A model generated the notes under the pieces. The model made no database searches. It was not told the origin of the DNA and worked only from the letters and a program-made list of their open reading frames with translations. The position numbers and the translations under genes were made by a program. Shown piece by piece: positions 12,607 to 22,691 of a DNA stretch of 64,000 bases (within the stretch, counting starts at the first letter, position 1; the number at the start of each line of letters is the position of its first letter). This stretch comes from an uncultured Gammaproteobacteria bacterium (GTDB taxonomy: Bacteria > Pseudomonadota > Gammaproteobacteria > UBA9214): assembly GCA_963773065.1 (NCBI GenBank), contig CAVYZN010000028.1:67117-131116 (forward strand), in the 5' to 3' direction.

Positions 12607-15600
12607 TCAACGTGCGATCACCCGGGTAGTGGTCTGGTATTCTTCGCCCTTGCGCCGATAGCGGATGCCGACCTCATCGCCCGGCTGCAGTTGCTTCAGT
12701 GCCTGAGCGTACTCGCGCAGGTTGTTGACCGGCGTCCCGTTCAGTTCGACGATGATATCGCCCGGCCGCAGACCGGCCTGCGCGGCCGGGGTGCCGGCCC
12801 GCACCCCGTCGAGGCGCACGCCCTCTCCGTTCCAGGTGTAGTCCGGCAGCGTCCCCAGACTCACCCGGCGCAGCGGCGTGGTATCGGGCGCGGCGGCGAG
12901 CGGTGGCCCGGCGAGCGTGGTCGCGGTGAGGGGCCGCGGGCGGTCGGCGAGATAGTCGACCGTCTCCTTCAGCACCTGCGCGACCTTGACCATGCCGGCC
13001 GTGTCGATCTTGTCCAGCGTATCACCGGGACGGTGGAAGTCCGCGTGCGCGCCGCTGAAGAACTGCACGGCCGGCACGCCGGCGGCGATGAAGCTGGTCT
13101 GGTCGCCGGAGCCGATGTCATCGGCCACCGCGTTGACTGCAACGCCGGTGACGTAGCCCGCCCCGCGCAGGATGTCCACCCATTCCTCCGCCGTGCCCGT
13201 GGCCAACACCGTCAGCGGACGCTCGCCCAGGCGCCCGACGGTATCCAGGTTGACCATGGCGATCATCCGCTCGAGCGGGTAGGCGCCGGCCTGCTGCAGG
13301 TAGTGCCGCGAACCCAGCCGCCCGGCTTCCTCGCCGGTGAAGGCGACGAAGACGAGGCTGCGCGGGTGAGGCTTGCCGGCCAGGGTCCGCGCCAGCTCCA
13401 GCAGCACCGCGACCCCGCTGGCGTTGTCATCGGCGCCGGGGTGGACCTGGCCGCGGTCCTCGGTCTGCCCCCCGTACTCGCCCAGGCCAAGGTGATCGTA
13501 GTGCGCGCCGATCACCAGACTTTCACCGGCCCGCCGCGGGTCGGTGCCGGGGAGCACGGCGATGACGTTGCGCAGGGTCACCGTCCTGTCCAGTTCCGCC
13601 ACCCGCTCCTCCCAGGTCTGCAGGAAGGTGCCGCCGTCGCCGCCCGGCTGCAGGCCGGCGTCGCGAAAGCGGTCCGCGATGTACGCCGCGGCCCGGTCCA
13701 GTTCGGCCGTGCCCAGTCCGCGTCCCCGCATGGCCGGCGCCGCCAGCACGCCCAGGTCAGTCTGCAGGCGGCTGGTTGAAAACACGCTCGGCGGGGCGAC
13801 CAGGGGGGCGCGCGGCGCGAGGCGCATTTCACCAGCCACGCCCGTCACACCCGTTTCCTGAACCAGCGTGACCGACAGGGGTGAGTGCACCACCGGCCAT
13901 TGCCCCTTGAGCACATTGTCGGGTTCGTCACCGGTGAAGGCGAGATAGCTGTAGCGTCCGTAGTGCGGCAGCTTGCGGCCGAGTCCCGGCAGCGCCTCCG
14001 CCCGGTCGGCGGCCAGCCAGCCGAGCGCCTGATCGGGATTGGCGGGATGGCGCGCCATGACCACCACGGCATGGGTGGCGCGATCGAGCGGCGTGCCGGC
14101 GATCGTCACCGCATCGCCCTGGTCGCCGAAGGCATAGTCCGCGAGCGCCGCGTCGAATCCGGGGCCGGAAGCGGTTGCTCCAGCCGAACAGCCAGACCGC
14201 GCGGTCAGCCGGCAGCCGCTCAAGTTCATCGTCAGAGACGATGGTGAACCGGTCCGGGTTGCCCGCCTTCCAGTCCGCGGCCAGTTCGGCATAGGCGGCG
14301 CGCAGCGGTTCGGGGGCCGTTGAGGGCAGCACGATCATCACCTGCCCCGCGCCCAGCGCCTGGCTGATGGCCGGGGGGATCTCGTTGCGGTCCAGGCGCC
14401 GGAACACGTCGAACTCCGGGTCGACGATCAACCGCAGCGGCCGGGCCGGCAGCTTCAGTTCCAGTGCTTTCTGTTTACCCTCAAGCTCCACCACGCTCTG
14501 CCAGGCACTCCTCCCGGCCTTCCAACTGGACGGCAACCGGCACCCGCAGCGCGTAGGCTTCTCCCTCCTGCACCTGTTCGATCCGTGCGGCAAGCACATA
14601 GCCTTGACCCTCAGGCCGGAGCAGCGTACCTGGGCGACGCGCAACTGCGGCGCGCCGCCGCGCTTCACCCACTGATCGAAAAAGGCAGTGAGCGGCTGCC
14701 CGCTCACCCGGCTGAATACCGCCTCGACATCGGCAAAACCGGCGTCCCTGAAACGGTACTGCTCATACAGGGTCCGCAGTCCCTGGATGAAAGTCTCATC
14801 GCCCAGCCGCTGGCGCAGCATGTGGAACAGCATCAGCGCCTTGCCGTAACCGACGGCCTCGGTCGCGGCGCTGTGGCGGCTGTGAAACGCCGTGAGGGGA
14901 AAATCCTGCTGTTCACGCACGTAGTCGGCGTAGTTCTGCAACACGCCGCGCCGGTAGTCGGTTCCCTCGCCGCGCTGCTCCTTGATCAGGTGATCGGCCA
15001 GATAGCTGGTCAAGCCCTCGGACCAGTTGCCGCTGGCATAATCGACGTAGACGCCGTTGCCCCACCAGTTGTGCAGGATCTCGTGGGGATAGGAGGAATG
15101 CAGGATGAACGGCAGGCGGATGACCTTCGGCCCGAGCAGGGTGAACGAGGGCATGCCGTAGCCGGTCTCCCAGAAGTTTTCCACCAGGGCGAACTTCGCA
15201 TAGGGGTAAGGCCCGATCAGTCCGCTGTAAAGGCGGATATACTCGGCGGTCGCATCGAGGTACGGCTGGGCCAGCGCCGCATCGGGTTCGCGCAACAGGA
15301 CCATGGCCTGCACACCGTCCGTGGACTGCGCGTATTCGCTGAAGCGGCCGGCGATGAGGTAGATCTCTTCCTGGGGATGAGGGCAGCGCCACTGTTCCTG
15401 CGTGTGCGTTTCACCGGCTGCATGCGTCAGGCGCTCACCCTGGGTCATGCCGGTCCAGCCCGGCGGCAGGCTGAGATCGAGGTCGAAGGTCAGCCGTTCT
15501 CCCGCCACCTGCGGATACCAGTAACTCTCGGCGGCGAGAAACACGCCCTCCCCGTCGATCATGCCGGCGGTCTCGCGGAAGCCGCGCGCGTAGTCCTCGC

Positions 15601-16027
15601 CCTGCTGGCGCAGCGCATGTTGGATGCGGCCCCGGTAGCGCAGCACGAAGCGGTCCTGCCCGGCCGGCAACAGCACGCGGTAGCGGCGCGGCGTCACATC
15701 CGCGACTTCAGCCGCCGTATTCGAAGCCGGTTGTTTATCCGCGGCCGGCGCAGCCAACGCCTCCAGGCGCACCCCTTCGCCTACTATCTCGGGCGCCAGA
15801 TCCGGATGCAGTTCGAATTCCAGCGTCGCGGAAGCGGCGGCCGGGCGGGTGATGGTGTCGATCACCTCGATGGCATGCTGCTCCGGCCGCACCACTACCT
15901 CCAGCGCGTGGTGCAGGTCCGCCCATGCCGGCAGCGGCAGCAACACCCGGAACAGCAGCGCCCACCGTGCGCAGCCGAGAGATATGCGATAAACGCCAGG
16001 TCGCCGGGATGATGCAGTTTTACTCAT
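12607..16027 (-). CDS. Multidomain M1 aminopeptidase-M28 peptidase-PDZ protein; frameshifts near 14160 and 14510-14630
   Basis: M1: GYGMPS, HEILHNWWG, WSEGLTSY. M28: GAHYDHLG, GADDNASG, GEE, NLD, DFH. C-terminal PDZ: LGTLPD..PAAQAGLRPGD. Confidence 0.85.
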
Positions 16028-16212
16028 GCGTTGTGATTCAATCTTGCCCTGACAGATAGGGAATCCTCATTCAGAAGGACCGATTATATCCGGATCACGG
16101 CAGTGACGATCATTGGATTTCATGAAGGCTCGTGTAAAAAACGCGGATGGTGCAGCGTCCGCTCCCTGACCCTTATAAGTCAGGACAGGAATTGTTCCGG
16201 TGGACTGGAAGT

Positions 16213-16362
16213 CTATCTCCAGAAATCCTTCGAGAAGAGCAACAATAACGGGAATACCTCGAGACGCCCGAGGAGCATGGCCAGAGATAACATCCATGTC
16301 GCGGGATCGTTGAGCCCCCAAAGGTCGTGGCCGTCTCGCCCAGTCCCAGCCCCATATTGTTG
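16213..16362 (-). pseudogene. C-terminal fragment of TrkH potassium transporter
   Basis: NNMGLGLGE...WMLSLAMLLGRLEVFPLLLLFSKDFWR, the characteristic TrkH terminus; no upstream body. Confidence 0.75.
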
Positions 16363-16630
16363 AGGCACCCGGCTACGGAACCGAAGCGGTAACCAGGTCG
16401 AAATCCCGATACCAGATTCCCGGTGCAGAATCCGGCCCAGTAAGCGAGGTGTGGATACCCAAGCGAACACTCGTTTGCGACTAGGCATTCGAGTCAATGC
16501 GATGCTGCCGGCACCTGCGCGTCGATTGCCCGGAGACAGGTTGATTTGTTCTCAGCGTGTCATTCCCGCGCGGCGGGCCTGACCACGTGAAAACGTGGGC
16601 GGGAATCCGGAAATGCGAGGAAGCTTTCCC

Positions 16631-17500
16631 CTACTCCCGATTACTGCAGTCGTGCATCCCTGCTCTCGTACGCTTCTGCCGGAATGACAAATTATGCAGA
16701 AGTTTCTTGGGATCATACGCCAAGATACGCGCCAGGAATCGTGCAAACAGCCCCCTGTTGCACTGCGTCCCATCGGCGTTCCACCGGGTTAATGCCAGAC
16801 TGATGTTATCCCCCTTGGGTCCACCGCGTTCCCTGGCCATTTCCACGAGATGCGTTGCATCATCTTTTTCGATAGGTAGTTTATCGAGACTCCCGACCAC
16901 CTCTTCCGGTGCAACGCAGGCCCAGAACCCGTCGCTGCAGAGCATGAAGATGTCGTCCGCTTCCACCTCGGCGGCGCCAAAATCAGGTTCAGGGTTATCG
17001 TTCCCGCCCAGACGCATATAGAGTTGGTTCTGCAGCGCGCTAATGGCCACGTCCGTTTCCTGGATGCGTCCCTGCGCCACCATAAGCTGTGCAACGGAAT
17101 GATCCCGAGTCCGGTTGAGTAGCATACCGTTACGGAAGTGGTACAGGCGGCTGTCCCCTACATGGGCCCAGTAGGCTTCCGGGCCGCTCAGATACAGCAC
17201 TACACAGGTGCTCCCGGGAGAACGCTCCTCATTTCCTCCAAGCTCACTGATCGCCTGGTGGGACTCGAGACAAAGATCTTCAAGAAATGTCCGGGGATCG
17301 GAAATCGGGCCAGTGTTGAAATGGCGTTTGGCGGTCTCGATTACTGTCCGGGCCGCCAGGGCGCCGTCCCGGTGCCCCCCCATGCCATCGGCGACTACGA
17401 CCAAATGAGTATGGCCGTCATCCGAACTCAGCCTTTCCATGCAGTCCTGTTGTTCGGTGCGCCCGCCTATGTCCGAGGCCATACTAAATTGCCATGGCAT
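16631..17500 (-). CDS. PP2C-family Ser/Thr protein phosphatase
   Basis: GGRTEQQD, VADGMGGH, AHVGDSRLY, TRDHS, LCSDG, GDNIS. Confidence 0.92.
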   Translation of the reverse strand: MPWQFSMASDIGGRTEQQDCMERLSSDDGHTHLVVVADGMGGHRDGALAARTVIETAKRHFNTGPISDPRTFLEDLCLESHQAISELGGNEERSPGSTCVVLYLSGPEAYWAHVGDSRLYHFRNGMLLNRTRDHSVAQLMVAQGRIQETDVAISALQNQLYMRLGGNDNPEPDFGAAEVEADDIFMLCSDGFWACVAPEEVVGSLDKLPIEKDDATHLVEMARERGGPKGDNISLALTRWNADGTQCNRGLFARFLARILAYDPKKLLHNLSFRQKRTRAGMHDCSNRE

Positions 17501-17590
17501 GATTTATCCTTCCTCGTCGCTTCTGATGCACTGTAGTCGCATTAAACCCTGAACAGGAACTCGATGTTGCCAGAGACCTGCACGGGGGCA

Positions 17591-18979
17591 TCATTTGAAT
17601 GCAGCGCTTTTTTGAAGTTCCAGCAGCCGTTTGTTTTGCGGATCCACCTTCAACCCGATATGCAGATAATCTTTCGCTTTCCCGTATTCGACCATGTCGA
17701 GCGCCCATACCACGAGATCAGCATAGATTTCACCTATCCTGGCCACCCCCTTCAGCGCTTCCTCGTTATCCGGATCCTCTTTCAGGACCAGTTGATAATA
17801 GTAATAAGCATTGTCGCGCTCCGGCTCTGTGTAACGAAGTTTTTCCAGCGCATGTTTGGCCTGCAGCAGGTACCCCTCAAGTTGCGGTGCTGATTCCTCC
17901 TTTAAATTCGGCGCAGCCTTCTGTTCCGTCATCCCTGAACCGGCTCCAATAAAAGTTTTCTCTACCGCCGTCATCATCAATGGCAATGTCTCGTGGAATA
18001 CCAGGGCAATAACCAGCAGTATGGTCATCGCCGCCGCGATGCGCATGCTGTGCTCGTCAAGAAGTAGTGCATTGATCTTCTTGAACGCGAGTCGTGTGCC
18101 GCTTATGGCGTTTCCTAACACCGATTCCTTCGGCATGTGCACGTCATGCACGGCCCCCGTGATCTTGGCTGCCTTGGCAACCGCCGGTCCGCCATGCCGG
18201 AGTTCCTTGATATATTCGACCATCTCCCCGGCCGTGGCGAAGCGATCATCCGGATCCTTGGCGATCATCCGGTCGATGAGTTCCTGATAACGACTTAGCT
18301 CAGGCGGCAGGGAAGGAATGGGATCGGTCAGGTGCGCAATGATGATCTGAATGTCGGAGTCACCCTGATAGGGTTTTTTACCTGTAAGCATTTCATACAG
18401 GATGATGCCGAGCGAATAGATATCGGCACGTCCGTCCAGCGGCTTGCACTCGGCCTGTTCCGGGCTGATATAGTAGGGGCTGCCCAGCGCAGTGCCGTCC
18501 TTGGTCAGCCTGCTGTCAGCCTCGGTTTGCTTGGCCACGCCGAAATCGGTGAGCACCGGGGTTCCATTCCGGCGGAACAGGATGTTTGCCGGCTTGATGT
18601 CGCGGTGAATGATGTCTTTTCTGTGCACATATTCCAGGCAACCGCCGATCGCCTCCACCAGGTCGAGGGCCGTCTCAACGCTGATCCCCTTGTGAATCCG
18701 GTCCTCGAGATCGCCGCCCTCCAGATATTCCATGGTGAAGTAGTGTCGCTCGCCAAAGACGCCGATATCGTAGATGGTAATGATATTGTGATGATTCAGG
18801 GATGCGATAATCCGGCCCTCGTTGACAAAGCGGGCGGACTGGAAGACATCGGTGAACTTTTTTGGCAACTTCAGAACTACACGTCGTTCCAGGGATTCCT
18901 GAACGGCCAGATAGACGGAGGCCATGCCTCCCTCGGCAATAGGCCGCAGTATCTTGTAGCCTGGTATCCTCAACGTCAT
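17591..18979 (-). CDS. Hanks-type Ser/Thr kinase with TM helix and C-terminal TPR-like domain
   Basis: GGMASVY, HRDIKPANIL, DFG, GSPYYISPEQ, DIYSLG; TM segment; NAYYYYQLVLKEDPDNEEA. Confidence 0.92.
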   Translation of the reverse strand: MTLRIPGYKILRPIAEGGMASVYLAVQESLERRVVLKLPKKFTDVFQSARFVNEGRIIASLNHHNIITIYDIGVFGERHYFTMEYLEGGDLEDRIHKGISVETALDLVEAIGGCLEYVHRKDIIHRDIKPANILFRRNGTPVLTDFGVAKQTEADSRLTKDGTALGSPYYISPEQAECKPLDGRADIYSLGIILYEMLTGKKPYQGDSDIQIIIAHLTDPIPSLPPELSRYQELIDRMIAKDPDDRFATAGEMVEYIKELRHGGPAVAKAAKITGAVHDVHMPKESVLGNAISGTRLAFKKINALLLDEHSMRIAAAMTILLVIALVFHETLPLMMTAVEKTFIGAGSGMTEQKAAPNLKEESAPQLEGYLLQAKHALEKLRYTEPERDNAYYYYQLVLKEDPDNEEALKGVARIGEIYADLVVWALDMVEYGKAKDYLHIGLKVDPQNKRLLELQKSAAFK

Positions 18980-19707
18980 GGTTTATGACTTTTCTGCCGG
19001 TCGGTTTCTGCCGGTCGGTTATAGAACATCAGGGATAATCCACGCACGGTGAGTCTATCGCTATCCTCCAGTTTCATCGGCGCGGAGACAGGCATGCCGT
19101 TGACCCGGACTCTTCCGCGCATCTCAGGAATAATATAAAACCCATCGTTTTTACATACGACCCTGGCCGCCACACGCGGCGCAAACCAGCTCGAGGTATT
19201 AATATCGGAATCCTTGGCTTTTCCTATCTTGAAATTCAACTTGGTCAGTGGATACCGGGAACGTCTGTGCTCCACGCCCGTTAACAAAAGATAGGCTGCA
19301 TACTTCGCCTGGCGTTGTTTGATCAACTCACCAAGATTGGATACGTCGACCGCCATGGTTGCGCCCTGAACCACTTGCTGGGTGTCATTGCTTGACGTAT
19401 GTGGCGATGTCACCTGCGCGTCCGTGTTGGTGAGTTTCAGGATGTGCTTGGAGATCACCACCTCGTCACCATCGGACAGCAACTGGCGGGAAACACGCTT
19501 GCCGTTGACGAAGGTACCGTTCATGCTTGCGGTATCCTCGATTATAAAAACTTCCCCCTCCTTGACGATCTTCGCGTGATGCGCCGATACGCCCGCATTA
19601 TCAATCTTGATATCGCTGTCGGTACTGCGTCCGATCGTGGTCACGTCGGAACGCAACTCCACTTCGTCCTTCAGCAAGTCTCTATAAAATACCTGGATGT
19701 GAGCCAT
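18976..19707 (-). CDS. Tandem FHA-domain protein
   Basis: IGR..DI.IDN.GVS.HHA..D.S.NGTFVNG (canonical FHA) plus a second degenerate FHA (IGKAKDSDI..VNG..LEDSD). Confidence 0.85.
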   Translation of the reverse strand: MAHIQVFYRDLLKDEVELRSDVTTIGRSTDSDIKIDNAGVSAHHAKIVKEGEVFIIEDTASMNGTFVNGKRVSRQLLSDGDEVVISKHILKLTNTDAQVTSPHTSSNDTQQVVQGATMAVDVSNLGELIKQRQAKYAAYLLLTGVEHRRSRYPLTKLNFKIGKAKDSDINTSSWFAPRVAARVVCKNDGFYIIPEMRGRVRVNGMPVSAPMKLEDSDRLTVRGLSLMFYNRPAETDRQKSHKP

Positions 19708-20021
19708 CTCTAGTCCCCTGCCCGAAAGTCATGCCATGCATCAGCCTGGTAATACTGTTCCTGGATTACTCCTTCAACATCTTCGTCCCGGCGGAACCAA
19801 TGCCAGGAATGCGGGCATCGCCATTGGACCGCCACGCAAGCCTATCCTGGATATTCATATCCTTGAAGTTCTACAAACCGGTCCGTAAATAAGTTTTCAC
19901 CAACAATATCGACCGTGTTGTGGGCAACCTGAGTGATAGGGGCAACCCGATTGGGCTGTGGGCGGATATGTGCTCTGTCGGATCACTTCCGACCTGCTGC
20001 GACACAGACGCTGGCCAGGCC

Positions 20022-21215
20022 CTAACGCAGCATGATTTCGTAGCTCAACTCCTGCGGTGGCAGGAACCAGTGCTCGCGGCGAACCTTGATACTGATACGC
20101 TCACCCGGCCGCTTGTCCCAGGTCACGGCGCGCAGGTCCGCGAGATCGGCGACGGCCTCGCCATTGATGGCGACAATCAGGTCGCCGCGCCGCAATCCGG
20201 CCAGCATGCAGGGGCTGTCCGGGAGGCACTGGCCGATCAAGAGTTTGCCTTCATCCTCTTCAAGAAGCGCGCCGAACTTCCCGGCCGGTGGCAATGACTG
20301 CTCCTGCGGCAACAACAGGAAATCCGCCAGTCCCGGCTCCAGTTCGCCATCCCAGTCGTTGAGGACGATGGCGCTATCCGCATCGAGGCGGCGCGTGAGC
20401 CGCCGGGGTATGCCGCTGCCATAGGCGAGATGCTCCACGCCGGCGAGCACCACCATCATGTAGTCCGGATGGGTGCGCAGGTAATCCGCGGCGCGTTCCG
20501 CCATGCCCTCGTCCCAGAGGAGCTGCACCTCGATGAAATTTTCGAAGCCGTGCCCGTCCACACCGGGGTGATACTCGAACACCTTGCGCAGGCGCTCCGC
20601 ATACGCCGCATCGGAACGATCGATTTCATCGGGCAGCCGCTCCCGCTCCGCCGCCGTCAGCCCCGTCACCCCCTCGCGCCCGACCTTGCTGGTCAGCTCG
20701 ACCGGCAGGTTCAGAGCCACCACCGGCAAATGGTTCTCGCGCGCATACTCAAGGATCGGGGCGTAAAGGCGGAAATCATAGCGCCAGCGCCGGTAGTATT
20801 CGGTGCCGCGCAGCAGTTGTTTTTCGTCCACCCGGCCCGCGACATAGTCGTCAAGGATACCCTGGAAGGGTTGCTGGAAGGCCTCCATGCCGATCGCCAG
20901 ACGCGGGTGCACGGCGTGCAGCCGGCGGATGATTTCCAGCTCCATCAGATGGTGGTCGTAGCGGTCGTGGGTCTCTCCCACCAGGACCACGCGCTTGCCG
21001 GCCAGCACGGGAATAATGCCCTCCAGATTCGTCGTGGCTTTGAGATCCAGCGCCGTGGTAAGCGCCGGCGGTTGCCGGACAGGCGGTGCCTCGGTTACCG
21101 GTGCAGCGGCGCCGTGTCCCGTCATGTGCGGCTCCACCTGGCCATGCGGCAGGCCGGTCGCGCAACCGGTTACGATGGCCGGCAACAGCAATACCGCAGC
21201 CCCCGGCGGAGACAT
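20022..21215 (-). CDS. ChaN-family lipoprotein with C-terminal PDZ domain
   Basis: Lipobox VTGC; VVLVGETHD..HH..E, IGMEAF, QLLWDEGMA, VLAG..H..YG.GIP; PDZ AGLRRGD. Confidence 0.85.
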   Translation of the reverse strand: MSPPGAAVLLLPAIVTGCATGLPHGQVEPHMTGHGAAAPVTEAPPVRQPPALTTALDLKATTNLEGIIPVLAGKRVVLVGETHDRYDHHLMELEIIRRLHAVHPRLAIGMEAFQQPFQGILDDYVAGRVDEKQLLRGTEYYRRWRYDFRLYAPILEYARENHLPVVALNLPVELTSKVGREGVTGLTAAERERLPDEIDRSDAAYAERLRKVFEYHPGVDGHGFENFIEVQLLWDEGMAERAADYLRTHPDYMMVVLAGVEHLAYGSGIPRRLTRRLDADSAIVLNDWDGELEPGLADFLLLPQEQSLPPAGKFGALLEEDEGKLLIGQCLPDSPCMLAGLRRGDLIVAINGEAVADLADLRAVTWDKRPGERISIKVRREHWFLPPQELSYEIMLR

Positions 21216-21337
21216 GAAGCCGGACCATACGAGCGTGTGTGAGTCAATGGCTGCAACATAGTTCTGTATTTTCGGGCAAACCCTAGTTGATAGTGGACAA
21301 TGCGCGAGTCAAGGAAGTTCGCCGGCACGAACCTGAT

Positions 21338-22006
21338 TCACTCGCCGGAGGTACGAACTGGCGTACCGGCGGCCGGGAAATCCCCGGCGCCGCCGGCAGG
21401 CGACAGCAGCGGTTCCAGGTAAGCCCAGAGCGTATCGAGCAGGATCGGCTGCGCCTCGGCGCTCGGGTGGATGCCATCTTCTTGCATGAGACTCCGGTCT
21501 TCCGCGACCCCGGCCAGGAAAAACGGCACCAGCGGGATCCCCTGTTCCGCGGCGATCTGCTGGTAGACCTGGTGAAACTTACCGGCATAATAACTGCCAT
21601 AATTGGGCGGCAGACGCATGCCCAGCAACAGCACCCGCGCGCCCTGCGCGCGGCTGGCGCTGACGAGGTGCGCGAGATTCTTCCGCATCTCATCGAGACT
21701 GATGCCGCGCAGGCCGTCGTTGCCGCCCAGGCCGACGATCACGATGGCGGGCCGGTAGTTCGCGAGCGATGCGTCCAGGCGCGCCACGGCCGCGCGGGTC
21801 GTCTCGCCGCTAATGCTCAGGTTGACAACACGGAATCGATAGGATTTGGCCCGCAGACGCTCATCCAGCAGCCGCACCCAACCCCGCTCCGTATCGATCC
21901 CGTAGGCCGCACTGAGACTGTCGCCCAAGACCAGGATCACCGGCGGTTCATCAGCGGTGAGGCGGCCCGTCAGACACAGCAGGAATAGCAGGAGTATCGT
22001 CTTCAT
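21338..22006 (-). CDS. tesA: Arylesterase / acyl-CoA thioesterase I (GDSL)
   Basis: GDSLSAAYG, SISGETT, LGGNDGLRG, DGIHP; head-to-head with ybbA. Confidence 0.9.
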   Translation of the reverse strand: MKTILLLFLLCLTGRLTADEPPVILVLGDSLSAAYGIDTERGWVRLLDERLRAKSYRFRVVNLSISGETTRAAVARLDASLANYRPAIVIVGLGGNDGLRGISLDEMRKNLAHLVSASRAQGARVLLLGMRLPPNYGSYYAGKFHQVYQQIAAEQGIPLVPFFLAGVAEDRSLMQEDGIHPSAEAQPILLDTLWAYLEPLLSPAGGAGDFPAAGTPVRTSGE

Positions 22007-22691
22007 GAAGACCGATTGTAACCCGATGCTGGTGCAGGCGCGTCAACTCAGCAAGTGGGTCATGGGACCCGAGGGACGGCTGGACATCCTGCGCGAGGTC
22101 AATCTCGAGATCGCGGCGCATGAGGCAGTGGCGATCCTCGGCGCCTCGGGGTCCGGCAAGTCCACCCTCCTCGGCCTGTTAGCCGGCCTGGACTCCGCCA
22201 GCGGCGGCGACGTCCGCCTGCTCGGCGTATCGCTGTCAGCCCTGGATGAAGATGCCCGGGCCGCCCTGCGAGCGGGTCGGGTCGGCTTCGTATTCCAGTC
22301 CTTCCAGTTGTTGCCGACCCTGACCGCGCTGGAGAACGTCCGCCTGGCGCTCGAACTCGCCGGCAGACGCGACCGGCAAACCAAAGCCGAGGAGGCCCTC
22401 GGTCTGGTCGGGCTGTCCCGGCGCCTGCGCCATTACCCGGCGCAACTCTCCGGCGGCGAGCAGCAGCGCGTGGCGATTGCCCGCGCTTTTGCGCCCCACC
22501 CCGAAGTGCTGTTCGCCGACGAACCCACCGGCAACCTCGACCAGTCGACCGGGGAACCGGTGATCGAGCTGCTGTTTACCCTGCGGGCCCGCTACGGCAC
22601 CGCACTGGTGATGGTGACGCATGACGGCGCGCTCACGCGGCACTGCGAACGCCACTATCGGCTGGACAACGGAGCATTGGCCCCGGCATGA
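22005..22691 (+). CDS. ybbA: ABC transporter ATP-binding protein YbbA
   Basis: [35 protein letters not shown]; tesA-ybbAP synteny. Confidence 0.88.
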   Translation: MKTDCNPMLVQARQLSKWVMGPEGRLDILREVNLEIAAHEAVAILGASGSGKSTLLGLLAGLDSASGGDVRLLGVSLSALDEDARAALRAGRVGFVFQSFQLLPTLTALENVRLALELAGRRDRQTKAEEALGLVGLSRRLRHYPAQLSGGEQQRVAIARAFAPHPEVLFADEPTGNLDQSTGEPVIELLFTLRARYGTALVMVTHDGALTRHCERHYRLDNGALAPA

